A stretch of DNA of 64,000 nt from Thermoanaerobaculia bacterium (GCA_044226625.1 JBGAGQ010000019.1:31678-95677); one strand, 5' to 3'. Counted from the first letter of the stretch, positions 1 through 10,886 are shown. Notes: a model not told the origin generated them from the sequence alone. A program made the numbers and translations.

Positions 1-959
<959 letters not shown>

Positions 960-1181
960 GTGCGGTCACCACGGAGGAGGGCGACCGGGCCTCCCCTTGG
1001 GAAAGGACCTAGACCGGACCGCGATCTCGCTTCCGAAGCTCTGGAGCTCCTTCTTGAGCGCGGATCATAGCAGCGGAACGAGCGCTCCCCGCAGTCGCAG
1101 AAGGGGGGCCTTCGGGGCGGAACGGAGTCAACGCAGCCAGCTCAGGCAGCGCGGTCGGTCCGTCCGCCCCGGGGGGAAGGG

Positions 1182-2216
1182 TTACTGCACTTCGCCGGTG
1201 ATCAGGATCTCGAGCTTCGGAACTTTCTGGCTGTCGGTGTTGAGCACCAGGTTGGTCGCGAACGCCCCCTTCGGCGCGTTGGGCGACAGGGTGAGCCGGA
1301 TCATGTACTCCCGGCCTTCCTGGATCGGCTCGAACACGGCCTCGAGCCCTTTGGCGGCCAAGGGGTTGTCGATCGAGGTGAGCTTGATGTCCTCGCTCGC
1401 GAAGTTGCGGACGTTCATCGTCTTGGTCAGCTTCTCCTTGAGCGCGACCTTGCCGAAGTCGCCCGACGGGGGGGTGACCGCCACCACCGGCCGGACGAAG
1501 CCGGAGATCGGAATCTGCACCAACTTCTGTTTCGGATGGGTCGTGTGGACCGTCAGGTAGTCCGCGAGGCTTCCCACCGGGGCCGCGAAATTGTCGAGCG
1601 TCATCTCGATCTGCCACTGCTTGCCCTTGGCGTCGGGCAGCCGCTCGGTGTCGGTCGCCGGGTGGAACGTCGCCTTGATGAAGGGGAACGGCGACGAGAC
1701 GCTCTCGATCGCGAAATCCGAGCCGTCCGGCGCCCAGAGGCTCTGGACGATCACGCCCGCCTTCGCCTCGCCCTGCACGGTCAGATAGCGCGCGTAGCCG
1801 GGCTTGACCTGGATGTAGGGCTCGATTTTCGCCTGGATGGTCAGCTGGATCCGCGGGTTGTCGGTGTCGCTGGTGTAGACCGTGATCCCCTTCGAGATCG
1901 GACCGTTGAAGGTCGAAGTCTCGACCACGGCATGGACCTTCCCGGTCTGGCCCGGAGCGATCGTCTTGTCGAACTGCGCGACCGTGCAGCCACAACCCGG
2001 TTCGACGCGCTGGATCTCGAGCGCCCCCTGCCCTTCGTTCTTGATCAGGAAGTCGTGAACGATTTGCTCGCCTTTGGCGACCGTGCCGGCGTCGAAGGTC
2101 GCCTCGACCACCGTCGCCTTCGGCTTCGTGGTCGGAGTGTCCTCCGCTCGGGCCGCGAGGGCGAACGGAAGGGCGAGACAGAGCGTCAAAATGGCGCGCT
2201 TTTCCAGACGATTCAT
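1182..2216 (-). CDS. Secreted DUF1573-like Ig-fold protein
   Basis: Signal peptide MNRLEKRAILTLCLALPFALAARA; motif FDAGTV...FLIKNEG...L.I..V.PGCGCT...I.PGQ.G typical of DUF1573; host-like codon usage. Confidence 0.75.
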   Translation of the reverse strand: MNRLEKRAILTLCLALPFALAARAEDTPTTKPKATVVEATFDAGTVAKGEQIVHDFLIKNEGQGALEIQRVEPGCGCTVAQFDKTIAPGQTGKVHAVVETSTFNGPISKGITVYTSDTDNPRIQLTIQAKIEPYIQVKPGYARYLTVQGEAKAGVIVQSLWAPDGSDFAIESVSSPFPFIKATFHPATDTERLPDAKGKQWQIEMTLDNFAAPVGSLADYLTVHTTHPKQKLVQIPISGFVRPVVAVTPPSGDFGKVALKEKLTKTMNVRNFASEDIKLTSIDNPLAAKGLEAVFEPIQEGREYMIRLTLSPNAPKGAFATNLVLNTDSQKVPKLEILITGEVQ

Positions 2217-2337
2217 AGTGGCCTGCTCCTTGGCTAAAGACGTCTCGCCCAAAGGTCGAATGGGCGGATGCTACACTCTGCGGTCCCGAATCAGACCTCG
2301 TCCGCTCCGGATCTTCGACTCCACGACGACCCCGATC

Positions 2338-3735
2338 TTGAACATTCACCTCATCGCCATCGGTGGCACGGGCATGGCGCCGCTCGCGTGCTTGCTGCAA
2401 GAGAAGGGCCACCATGTCAGCGGCTCCGACGGGCCGCTCTATCCGCCGATGAGCACGCTGCTCGAAGGGGCCGGTCTCCGCCCTCTGGTCGGCTGGAATC
2501 CCGCGCATCTCGAACCACGTCCGGACCTGGTGATCGTCGGCAACGCCGTCCGCCGCGACAATCCGGAGGTGGTCGAGGCCGAGCGGCTCGGCATCGAGCG
2601 CCTGTCGATGCCGGAGGCGCTCGCGCGCTTCTTCCTTTCCTCCAGGCGTCCGCTCGTAATCGCGGGAACCCACGGCAAGACGACCACCACGGCGCTCGCG
2701 GCTTGGGTCTATACGCAGTGCGGCCGCGACCCCGGGTATCTCGTCGGGGGAGTACCCCGGGGGCTCCCGTCGAGCTTCCACATCGGGAGCGGCGAGCGCT
2801 TCGCGATCGAAGGCGACGAATACAACGCCTCCTTCTTCGACCGCGGCGCGAAGTTCCTCCATTACCAGCCCGAGACGCTGATCTTGACCAGCGTCGAGTA
2901 CGACCACGCCGACCTCTACCCCTCGCCCGAGGCGCTCCGCGACAGCTATCGAAGGCTGATCGCTTTGTTGCCCCCGAGCGGTTGCCTGATCGCCTGCGGC
3001 GACGACCCCGAGGTTCGGGCATTGGCCGAGCAGGCGCCCTGCCGGGTGGTCCTCTACGGACTGGGCCCGGAATGCACCCTGCGGCCGCTCGAGGAGGTCG
3101 AAGCGGCCGCCGAGGGGAGCCGCTTTCGAGTGGCCGATCCGTCCGAAGGGGAGATCGAGCTCCGCCTGCGCCTCGCCGGCGAGCACAACGTATCCAACGC
3201 CCTCGCCGTCTGGGCCGCGGCGCGGCGCGACGGATTGCCGGCCTCCGAGGTCGCCGCGGCGCTCACGAGCTTCGAAGGGGTGAAACGCCGGCTCGAGGAG
3301 CTTGGCACCTTCGGCGGCATCACCGTGGTCGACGATTTCGCCCACCATCCGACGGCGGTCGAAAAGACGCTGGGCGGCCTGGCTCAGCGCTACCCCGGCC
3401 GCCGCCTCGTCGTGCTGTTCGAGCCGCGGAGCCTCACCGCCGGACGAAGCTTCTTCTACGACCTCTACCGCAAGGCGTTCGACGTGGCCGGCCGGGTCCT
3501 CTTCGCGCCGACCTTCCACGCCGGCCGCCTCGCCGAGGGCGAACGGCTCGACTTTTCCCGCCTCGCCGAAGAGCTGAATCGCCGCGGCGTGAGCGCCGCC
3601 GCCATTTCGACCAACGCCGAGCTGCTCGCCGCCGCGCTCGCCGAGGCGCGCCCGGGTGACGTGCTGATCACCATGTCGTCCGGCTCGTTCGAAGGAATGC
3701 CCCAAAAGCTCGCCCAGGCCCTGGGAGGGCGCTAG
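2338..3735 (+). CDS. mpl: Murein peptide ligase Mpl (MurC family)
   Basis: IHLIAIGGTGMAPLA, GSD..LYPPMST, IAGTHGKTTTT, IEGDEY..SFFDRG.KF.HY, DDFAHHPTAV and FEPRS motifs match Mpl rather than MurC. TTG start is inferred. Confidence 0.85.
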   Translation: MNIHLIAIGGTGMAPLACLLQEKGHHVSGSDGPLYPPMSTLLEGAGLRPLVGWNPAHLEPRPDLVIVGNAVRRDNPEVVEAERLGIERLSMPEALARFFLSSRRPLVIAGTHGKTTTTALAAWVYTQCGRDPGYLVGGVPRGLPSSFHIGSGERFAIEGDEYNASFFDRGAKFLHYQPETLILTSVEYDHADLYPSPEALRDSYRRLIALLPPSGCLIACGDDPEVRALAEQAPCRVVLYGLGPECTLRPLEEVEAAAEGSRFRVADPSEGEIELRLRLAGEHNVSNALAVWAAARRDGLPASEVAAALTSFEGVKRRLEELGTFGGITVVDDFAHHPTAVEKTLGGLAQRYPGRRLVVLFEPRSLTAGRSFFYDLYRKAFDVAGRVLFAPTFHAGRLAEGERLDFSRLAEELNRRGVSAAAISTNAELLAAALAEARPGDVLITMSSGSFEGMPQKLAQALGGR

Positions 3736-3812
3736 AGGGCGGGCCCCCCGGGCGGGCTCGGGCGCTTCCGCGCCGCTTGCCCCGCCCCTCCCCTTGGCGC
3801 ACAATACCGGCC

Positions 3813-4286
3813 GTGCGTTTCCGTCCGATCCACGGGATCATCGCGGTGGTCCTGTTCGTCGCCGTGGGCATGATCGCCGAGCTCGCCTCGACCGGGCGGC
3901 TGGGACGTTCCTCCTTCGAGCAGGTAAGCGCCGGTCCGGACCAGTCCGTGTCGATCGACGTCTCGAAGCTGGCGCCGCTCGAGGTGCGGTTCTTTCGCTA
4001 TCTCAACCCGGCGAACCAGGAGGTCAAGTTCTTCGTCGGCCGCGACGGCGGCGGAACGATCCAGGTGGCGTTCGACGCGAGCGAGGTCTGTTTCAAGTCG
4101 AAGCGGGGCTTCCACCCTCAAGGCGAATGGGTGGTCTGCAACAAGTGCGACAAGGCGTTCCGGCTCGCCGGAGTGAACAACGGGCACGGGGGGTGCGAGC
4201 CGGTGCAGCTCGCCCATCGCGTCGTCGGAGATCGGGTCTTGATCGCCGAGCAAGACGTCCTCACCGGTTGGCGCTATTTCCGCTAG
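3813..4286 (+). CDS. DUF2318-like membrane-anchored Cys-rich (putative Fe-S) protein
   Basis: N-terminal TM helix; FDASEVC...GF..QGEWVVCNKC...GGCEP motif (the usual first Cys appears replaced by Ser). Confidence 0.7.
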   Translation: MRFRPIHGIIAVVLFVAVGMIAELASTGRLGRSSFEQVSAGPDQSVSIDVSKLAPLEVRFFRYLNPANQEVKFFVGRDGGGTIQVAFDASEVCFKSKRGFHPQGEWVVCNKCDKAFRLAGVNNGHGGCEPVQLAHRVVGDRVLIAEQDVLTGWRYFR

Positions 4287-4327
4287 GCTCGAAAGAAGCC
4301 CGATACAAGTTATTTGGAATCAGCGTT

Positions 4328-4357
4328 TTGACCGGAGCGGGCCGGGTGGTGTATCTT
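4328..4357 (+). promoter_or_regulatory. Putative sigma70 promoter of mglBA
   Basis: TTGACC (4328-4333), 18-nt spacer, TATCTT (4352-4357), about 30 nt upstream of the mglB ATG. Confidence 0.45.
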
Positions 4358-4385
4358 CCGGCCGATCCTTTGACGAGGTCAACCG

Positions 4386-4880
4386 ATGGCTTCAGCCGAT
4401 TTCATCCTCTACGAAGAGGAATACGCGAGCTTGGAGGAGGCTCTTCGGCGTCTGCGCCAAGAGGCCAACGCCAAGGCCGTCTTCCTGATCGACAAGAACG
4501 GCCAGCAGATCGCGGCTGCGGGGGAGATCGAGCAATTCGACGCGACCTCGCTCGCCTCCTTGACGGCGGGTAACGTCGCCGCGACCGACGGCCTTGCCAA
4601 GCTCATCGGTGAGCGCGAGTTTTCGGTCCTCTTCCACGAGGGCCAGCAGGACCACATCCACATCTCGATCGTCGCGCGGCGGGCGATCCTGGTCGTCATC
4701 TTCGACGAGCGCTCGTCGCTCGGCTTGGTGCGGCTCCGGGTCAAGCGCGCGAGCGTCGATCTGGAGCGAATTTTCGAAGTCATGCTGCAGAAAGGGGAGC
4801 GAGGGGATCCTTCGGCCGGCCCCACGAGCCCGTTTTCCGAGATCACCGACGAGGATATCGACGCTCTGTTCAGCGAGTGA
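4386..4880 (+). CDS. mglB: Roadblock/LC7 GTPase-activating protein MglB
   Basis: ANAKAVFLIDKNGQ, DATSLASLTAGNVAAT.GLAKLIGE.EF..LFHEG, SSLGLVRLRVK, SPFSEITDEDID.LF; directly upstream of mglA. Confidence 0.95.
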   Translation: MASADFILYEEEYASLEEALRRLRQEANAKAVFLIDKNGQQIAAAGEIEQFDATSLASLTAGNVAATDGLAKLIGEREFSVLFHEGQQDHIHISIVARRAILVVIFDERSSLGLVRLRVKRASVDLERIFEVMLQKGERGDPSAGPTSPFSEITDEDIDALFSE

Positions 4881-4964
4881 CGGCCAGGGGTTTCGCCCGG
4901 TGTCTCGGTTCTCTCGCTCCTCCATCCGTTCGCTGTCAACGTCGCCGACCGAGGTTGTTCGAAC

Positions 4965-5549
4965 ATGACGTTCATCAATTACGCGAGCAAGGAGATCAAC
5001 TGCAAGATCGTTTACTACGGGCCTGGGCTCGGTGGGAAGACGACCAACTTGCAGTACATCTACAACAAGACCTCGCCCGACTCGAAGGGCAAGATGATCT
5101 CCCTGGCCACCGAGGCGGATCGAACCCTGTTCTTCGACTTCCTGCCGCTCGACCTCGGCAGCATCCGGGGCTTCACCACCAGGTTCCATCTCTACACGGT
5201 ACCCGGGCAGGTGTTCTACGACGCGAGCCGGAAGCTGATCCTCAAAGGGGTCGACGGCGTGGTCTTCGTCGCCGACAGCCAAGAGGAGCGGATGGAGGCG
5301 AACATCGAGTCGATCCGCAACCTCGAGGCGAACCTCAAGGAGCACGGGTACGACCTGCCCACGATCCCCTACGCCCTCCAGTTCAACAAGCGGGACCTGC
5401 CCGGGGCGTTGGCGGTCGACCAGATGTACCGGGTCCTGAACTACAAGCGCGAGCCGACGTTCGAAGCGGTGGCGACGACCGGGATCGGCGTCTTCGACAC
5501 CTTGAAGTCGGTCGCCAAGCAGATCCTGATCGAGCTGCGTAAACGATAG
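4965..5549 (+). CDS. mglA: Small Ras-like GTPase MglA
   Basis: [69 protein letters not shown]. Confidence 0.97.
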   Translation: MTFINYASKEINCKIVYYGPGLGGKTTNLQYIYNKTSPDSKGKMISLATEADRTLFFDFLPLDLGSIRGFTTRFHLYTVPGQVFYDASRKLILKGVDGVVFVADSQEERMEANIESIRNLEANLKEHGYDLPTIPYALQFNKRDLPGALAVDQMYRVLNYKREPTFEAVATTGIGVFDTLKSVAKQILIELRKR

Positions 5550-5571
5550 CCCGAGGAGACCGCCGAAGAAG

Positions 5572-6288
5572 ATGGCCAAGCGTTGGCAGAAGGAAGACCT
5601 TGCGTACCTGAAGCGCTACGGCAAGACCAAGAGCCTCGACGAGCTTGCCGAACGGTTCAAGACCGATGAAAAAACCGTGCGGGCCGCCCTGATCGAGCTG
5701 GGCGTCTTGGACGCCAAAGAGAGCGCGAAAGGGGCGAAGGAGGCCAAAGAACCGGCCAAGGAGCCGAAGGACAAGCCGGCCGCCGTCTCCGCCCCGCCGA
5801 GCGGGCCGCGCCCCGGGGCCGATCCGTTGGTCGAGCAGCTGACCAAGGGGCTCGCCCATCTTCAGAAGCAGGAATGGTCCAAGGCCGCAGCCCAGCTCGA
5901 GAAGGTCGTCGCCGGCGATGAGCCCTCGCTCGCGGCGCGCGCGCGCCAGTTCCTGGCGATCTGCCGGCAGCGGCTGGCCGAAACCGATGGGGCTCCGGCG
6001 GCCGAGCCGGGCGATCCGTTCATCGAAGCGGTGATGCTGCGCAACCAGGGCGACGGCCACGGAGCTCTCGAGCTCGCGCGGCGCGGTGGGCGGGACAAGA
6101 AGGACGACCGGTTCGCTTTCCTCGTGGCCTCGATCCACGCCGCCGAGGGGCGGCTCGACGAGGCGGCCAAGGCGCTCTCCCAGGCGATCGAACTGAACCC
6201 CAAGAACCGAGTCCATGCGTTCCACGACGCCGATTTCATCGAGCTTCGCCGACACGCCGAACACCGTCAGCTCTTCGAGCTCCCCTAA
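5572..6288 (+). CDS. TPR-repeat protein with short N-terminal helical domain
   Basis: Helical repeats (LAHLQKQEWSKAAAQLEKV; LASIHAAEGRLDEAAKALSQAIELNP) and C-terminal AFHDADF. RBS GAGGAG upstream. Confidence 0.7.
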   Translation: MAKRWQKEDLAYLKRYGKTKSLDELAERFKTDEKTVRAALIELGVLDAKESAKGAKEAKEPAKEPKDKPAAVSAPPSGPRPGADPLVEQLTKGLAHLQKQEWSKAAAQLEKVVAGDEPSLAARARQFLAICRQRLAETDGAPAAEPGDPFIEAVMLRNQGDGHGALELARRGGRDKKDDRFAFLVASIHAAEGRLDEAAKALSQAIELNPKNRVHAFHDADFIELRRHAEHRQLFELP

Positions 6289-7309
6289 GCGCTCGCAGCA
6301 CGCCGGCGGCCTCTCGCTGGTCGCCGTGGGTGGCGGTACCGGGCTTTCCGTCCTCCTGCGCGGCCTGAAGCACCACGTCGGTTCCCGGCAGCTCCGGCAG
6401 CTGACCGGGGTGGTGACGGTGACCGACGACGGCGGCTCGTCCGGGCGGCTGCGTCGCGAGCTCGGCGTCCTGCCGCCCGGCGACATCCGCAACTGTCTGG
6501 TGGCTTTGGCCGACGACGAGGCGCTGCTCGCCCGCCTGTTCCAATATCGCTTCCCGGCGGGCGACGGTTTGCTCGGGCACTCGTTCGGCAACCTGTTCCT
6601 CACCGCGCTCACCGGCATCACGGGCGACTTCCACCAGGCGATCCTCACCGCCGAGTCGATCCTCTCGGTGCGCGGAAAGGTCTATCCGGCGACCCTCACC
6701 GACGTCGTCTTGCGGGGCCGGGGCGTCTCCGGCGCGGTCTACCAGGGCGAGTCGGAGGTCGGCGGGTCGAACGAGCCCCTGGCCGGCATCGAGATCGATC
6801 CGCCCGCCCCTCCGGCATTTCCGCCCGCGTTCTCGGCGCTCGAGCGAGCCGACCTGATCCTCCTCGGTCCCGGCTCGCTCTACACCTCGATCCTGCCGAA
6901 TCTTTTGATTCCGGGGATCCGCCAGGCGATCCAGCGTGGGCGAGCCCGGGTCTTCCTGCTGCTCAACCTGATGACCCAACCGGGAGAGACCGACCGCATG
7001 ATGGGCGCCGATCACCTGCGCGAGACCCAACGCTACCTCGGAGCCGGCCTGGTCCACGGCGTGCTCGCGAGCGCCACGCCGATTCCCCAACGTTGGGTCG
7101 ACCATTACGCCGAGGTCGGGTCGGAGCCGGTGCGCTACGTGCGCGAGGAGCTCGAGGCGATGGGGGTCGAGGTGGTGGAAGCCGACCTGCTCGCCGACTC
7201 GGCGGGCGAGGAGTTGGTGCGCCACGACTCGAAGAAGCTCGCCCGGGCCGCGCTCGAACTCGCGGCCCGCGGTCCCCGCCCCCAGGGCGAGGCGGGAGAG
7301 CGCCGATGA
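6215..7309 (+). CDS. yvcK: YvcK/GlmR (UPF0052, CofD-like) UDP-GlcNAc-binding protein; start uncertain
   Basis: VAVGGGTGLSVLLRGLK, VTVTDDGGSSGRLR, PPGDIRNCL, GHSFGNL, GPGSLYTSILPNL, NLMTQPGET, VRHDS.KLA. Confidence 0.88.
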   Translation: MRSTTPISSSFADTPNTVSSSSSPKRSQHAGGLSLVAVGGGTGLSVLLRGLKHHVGSRQLRQLTGVVTVTDDGGSSGRLRRELGVLPPGDIRNCLVALADDEALLARLFQYRFPAGDGLLGHSFGNLFLTALTGITGDFHQAILTAESILSVRGKVYPATLTDVVLRGRGVSGAVYQGESEVGGSNEPLAGIEIDPPAPPAFPPAFSALERADLILLGPGSLYTSILPNLLIPGIRQAIQRGRARVFLLLNLMTQPGETDRMMGADHLRETQRYLGAGLVHGVLASATPIPQRWVDHYAEVGSEPVRYVREELEAMGVEVVEADLLADSAGEELVRHDSKKLARAALELAARGPRPQGEAGERR

Positions 7310-8739
7310 GCCGAGAGAATCAGGGCACCCGCGCCCGGATCGCGGTGGTCCTCGCCGCGGGGCAGGGGACGCGCATGCGCTCGGACCTGCCCAAGGTGCT
7401 CCACCGGGCGGCGGGCAAGACGCTCCTCGCCTGGGTGCTCGACGCCGCCCGGGCCGCCGACTGCGAGCGGATTCTAGTGGTCGTCGGCCATGGCGCCGAT
7501 CGTGTGCGCGAGGAGCTTCAAGCCCCCGACGTCGAATGGGTGCTCCAGGCCGAGCAGCGTGGCACCGGCCATGCGCTGCAACAGATCGAGCCCTACGTCC
7601 GCTCGGACCCGGGCCACGAGGCGACGCTGCTCGTTCTTTCGGGCGACGCGCCGCTGATCCGCCCGGCCACCTTGAATGCCCTCGCCGAGCGGTCCGAGAG
7701 CGGCGCCGCCTGGGGGGGGCTCGCGACCGCCGACCTCGCCGACCCGGGCTCGCTCGGCCGCGTGTTCGGGACGCCGGACGGCGCCCTTCACTCGATCGTC
7801 GAGGCGCGCGACGCCACTCTCGAGCAGCGCCTGGTGACGCGGGTGAACGCGGGCCTCTACGCCCTGCCGGCGCCGGAGATCTTCGAATTTCTGAAGCGGC
7901 TGCGCGCGACCAACGCCCAGGGCGAGCTCTATCTGACCGACGCCGTCACCGATGCCGCCCGCGCGGGGCACCGGGTCGAGCTCCACACGCTCGAAGACCC
8001 CTCCGAGAGCTGGGGGATCAACGACCGACGGGAGCTCGCCCAGGCGCATCGGCGTCTGATCGACCGGCACCTCGACGACCTAATGCGCGCGGGGGTGACG
8101 ATCCTCGAGCCGTCGCGCACGTCGATCGAGCCGGGGGTCGCGGTCGGTCGCGACACGGTGATCCACCCCGAGGTGTCGTTGTCCGGGGCGACGGAGGTGG
8201 GCCCGGGCTGCGAGCTACGCCAGGGCGCCTGCCTCGCCGATACGGTCCTCGCCGAAGGGGTCACGGTCGAGGCGTACAGCGTGCTCGCCGGGGCGCGGAT
8301 CGAGACCGGCTGCCGCGTCGGCCCGTTCGCCCGCCTGCGGCCCGGAACGGTGCTCGGTCGCGGCGCGCGGGTCGGCAACTTCGTCGAGGTGAAGGCCTCC
8401 GATCTGGGCGCGGGCGCCAAAGCCGGGCACCTCGCCTACCTGGGCGACGCGATCGTCGGGGCCGACGTAAACATCGGGGCCGGCGTCATCACCTGCAATT
8501 ACGACGGGACGTCGAAGCACCGGACCGAGATCGGCGAGGGAAGCTTCGTCGGCAGCGACACGTTGCTCGTGGCGCCGGTCAAGATCGGCTCGAACGCCCA
8601 GACCGGCGCCGGGACCGTGGTGACGCAGGACGTCCCCGACGGCGCGCTCGCGGTGACGCGCGTCCGCCAGAAGAATTTGGCGGGGGCGGTCGAACGTTTG
8701 AAGGGGCAGCGCCGGGCTCGGGCGGACGGCGAAGCGTAA
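7306..8739 (+). CDS. glmU: Bifunctional UDP-GlcNAc pyrophosphorylase / glucosamine-1-P acetyltransferase
   Basis: VLAAGQGTRMRSDLPKVLH, NAQGELYLTD, GPFARLRPG, GNFVEVK, HLAYLGDA, ITCNYDG; ATGA overlap with yvcK. Confidence 0.97.
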   Translation: MSRENQGTRARIAVVLAAGQGTRMRSDLPKVLHRAAGKTLLAWVLDAARAADCERILVVVGHGADRVREELQAPDVEWVLQAEQRGTGHALQQIEPYVRSDPGHEATLLVLSGDAPLIRPATLNALAERSESGAAWGGLATADLADPGSLGRVFGTPDGALHSIVEARDATLEQRLVTRVNAGLYALPAPEIFEFLKRLRATNAQGELYLTDAVTDAARAGHRVELHTLEDPSESWGINDRRELAQAHRRLIDRHLDDLMRAGVTILEPSRTSIEPGVAVGRDTVIHPEVSLSGATEVGPGCELRQGACLADTVLAEGVTVEAYSVLAGARIETGCRVGPFARLRPGTVLGRGARVGNFVEVKASDLGAGAKAGHLAYLGDAIVGADVNIGAGVITCNYDGTSKHRTEIGEGSFVGSDTLLVAPVKIGSNAQTGAGTVVTQDVPDGALAVTRVRQKNLAGAVERLKGQRRARADGEA

Positions 8740-8755
8740 GCAAGGAGCGGGAACC

Positions 8756-10603
8756 ATGTGTGGCATCGTCGGATATGTCGGGCACCGGGACGTGGTGCCC
8801 CTTTTGATGGACGGCCTGGGCCGGATGGAATACCGCGGTTACGACTCCGCGGGGATCGTCGCCGTCGCGGACGGGGCGTTCCAGACCGCGCGGGCGGAAG
8901 GCAAGCTCGAAAACCTTCGCAACAAATTGGCGGTGTCGCCGGTCACCGGTGTCTACGGCCTCGGCCATACCCGCTGGGCGACGCACGGACCGCCGAGCGA
9001 GCGCAACGCCCACCCGATGGTCGACTCCAAGGGGCGGGTGGCGCTGATCCACAACGGCATCATCGAGAACTTCCTGCCGCTCAAGAAGCGGCTGCTAGCG
9101 GAGGGCTGGACGTTCTCCTCCGACACCGACACCGAGGTGGTGGCGAACCTCATCTCCTCCTATCTCGACGGCAGCACCCTACGCGACGCGGTCGCGCGCG
9201 CGATCTCCGAGGTCGAGGGGATGTACGCCTTCGCCGCCGTCACCACGGAAGGGGAGGGCCAGGAGATCGTCGCCACGCGGATGGGGCCGCCGCTCGTCCT
9301 GGGCCTCGGAGGCGAAGGGCAGAACGAGCAGTTCCTCGCCTCGGATCCGGGGGCGCTGCTCGCCTATACCCGCAACGTGATCTTCCTCGAGAACGGCGAC
9401 CTCGCCGAGCTGACGCCGGGCAAGATCGACATCTACGATCGCTCCGGGCGGCTCCTCGCGCCCGCTGAACGGCCCGTGCAGCGGCTCAACTGGGACCCGG
9501 TCCAGGCGGAAAAGGGGGGCTACAAGCACTTCATGGCGAAGGAGATCCATGAGCAGCCCCAGGCGGTTCAGGACACCTTCGCCGGCCGGGTGGATTTCGA
9601 GACCGGCGAGATCCTGTTCGACACCGTATCGCTGCCGGCCGAGGAGATCCGCAAGATCGAGCGGCTCCACCTGCTCGCCTGCGGCACCTCGTGGCATTCG
9701 GCGCTGGTCGGCAAGTTCCTGATCGAGACCATCGCCCGGCTCCCCGTCGAGGTCGACTACGGCTCGGAGTATCGCTATCGCGATCCGATCGTCGACTCCC
9801 GGGTGCTCGCCGTCGGGATCTCGCAGTCGGGCGAGACGGCCGACACGCTGTCGGCCATGGAAGCCGCCAAAGAGCGGGGCGCGCGGCTCTTTTCGGTCTG
9901 CAACGTTGTCGGCTCGCAGGCGACCCGCATCAGCCAGGGGGTCATCTACACGCACGCGGGACCGGAGATCGGCGTCGCCTCGACCAAGGCGTTCACCACC
10001 CAGCTGGTCGCCCTCTACTTGCTCGCGCTCTATTTGAAACAGCAGCGCGAGGGGAGCATCGACCGGTTCTATCTGGAAGATCTCGCCCATCTGCCGTCGG
10101 CGGTCGACCAGGTCATCCGCCGCCAGGAGGCGCATCTCGAAGATCTCGCGCGCCGGTACCACAAGGCCTCGAACTTCCTCTACCTAGGGCGTGGCATCAA
10201 CTACCCGATCGCGCTCGAGGGGGCGCTCAAGCTCAAGGAGATCTCCTACATCCACGCCGAGGGGTACCCCGCGGGCGAGATGAAACATGGACCGATCGCC
10301 CTGATCGACGAGAACCTACCGGTCGTGGCGGTGGCGACCGGCGACGGCGTCTACGAGAAGGTCCGCTCGAACCTCCAGGAGGTCCGGGCGCGCGACGGTC
10401 ACCTCCTGGTCGTCACCGACGGCGCCGCGGAAGATTTCGAGTCGCTCGCCCACGAGATCATCGAAGTCCCTCGCGTCTCGCCGCTCCTCCAGCCGATCGT
10501 GAACGTCATCCCGCTCCAGCTACTCGCCTACTTCATCGGCGTGCGCCGCGGCGCCGACGTCGACCAGCCGCGGAACCTGGCGAAGAGCGTCACGGTGGAG
10601 TAG
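8756..10603 (+). CDS. glmS: Glutamine-fructose-6-phosphate aminotransferase
   Basis: MCGIVG, EYRGYDSAG, HTRWATHG, SQSGETADT, VASTKAFT, GEMKHGPIALID, DQPRNLAKSVTVE. Confidence 0.99.
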   Translation: MCGIVGYVGHRDVVPLLMDGLGRMEYRGYDSAGIVAVADGAFQTARAEGKLENLRNKLAVSPVTGVYGLGHTRWATHGPPSERNAHPMVDSKGRVALIHNGIIENFLPLKKRLLAEGWTFSSDTDTEVVANLISSYLDGSTLRDAVARAISEVEGMYAFAAVTTEGEGQEIVATRMGPPLVLGLGGEGQNEQFLASDPGALLAYTRNVIFLENGDLAELTPGKIDIYDRSGRLLAPAERPVQRLNWDPVQAEKGGYKHFMAKEIHEQPQAVQDTFAGRVDFETGEILFDTVSLPAEEIRKIERLHLLACGTSWHSALVGKFLIETIARLPVEVDYGSEYRYRDPIVDSRVLAVGISQSGETADTLSAMEAAKERGARLFSVCNVVGSQATRISQGVIYTHAGPEIGVASTKAFTTQLVALYLLALYLKQQREGSIDRFYLEDLAHLPSAVDQVIRRQEAHLEDLARRYHKASNFLYLGRGINYPIALEGALKLKEISYIHAEGYPAGEMKHGPIALIDENLPVVAVATGDGVYEKVRSNLQEVRARDGHLLVVTDGAAEDFESLAHEIIEVPRVSPLLQPIVNVIPLQLLAYFIGVRRGADVDQPRNLAKSVTVE

Positions 10604-10611
10604 ACGCGATC

Positions 10612-10648
10612 CGGAGGGCGGTCCGCCCCACGGTCCGCCCTCCGTTTC
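10612..10648 (+). terminator. Putative intrinsic terminator after glmS
   Basis: CGGAGGGCGG (10612-10621) pairs with CCGCCCTCCG (10635-10644), followed by TTT; 8 nt after the glmS stop. Confidence 0.55.
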
Positions 10649-10655
10649 GATTACA

Positions 10656-10886
10656 CGGTCGAGGAATTCGATTTTCCGGTCCACGAATTCGTTCATCCGG
10701 TCCGGAAATTCGATTTTCCGGTCCACGAATTCGAATTTCCCGCCCCCGAAATCGTTCTCGCGGCTCCCGAATTCGAATTTCTCATCCCCAAATTCGATTT
10801 TCCGGGCCGCAAATTCGTTCACGCGGCCCAGAAATTCGATTTTTCGGCTCGCGAATTCCATTTTTTCTCTCAGGAATTGGATTTCG
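10656..10886. repeat. Degenerate tandem repeat, 11 x 21 bp (consensus approx. CGGTCCNNRAATTCGATTTTC)
   Basis: Units start at 10656, 10677, 10698, 10719, 10740, 10761, 10782, 10803, 10824, 10845 and 10866, almost all with an AATT-containing core (unit 5 has AAATCG). No unique spacers. Confidence 0.9.

Noticed and set aside
2338-3735. murC
   Set aside because: Not in a dcw cluster and carries Mpl-type motifs (YPPMST, EGDEY..FFD..KF.HY, DDFAHHP, FEPRS).
1009-3804. 931-aa minus-strand ORF and similar long overlapping ORFs (e.g. 14231-16036, 36951-39032, 47014-49011, 56850-58877, 59385-61874)
   Set aside because: Antisense or alternative-frame shadows of well-supported genes, expected in high-GC DNA; no recognisable motifs.
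8740-8755. glmS ribozyme
   Set aside because: Only 16 nt separate glmU and glmS, leaving no room for the RNA element.
10656-10886. Possible CRISPR array
   Set aside because: Units are contiguous degenerate 21-mers with no unique spacers, and there are no cas genes in the window.
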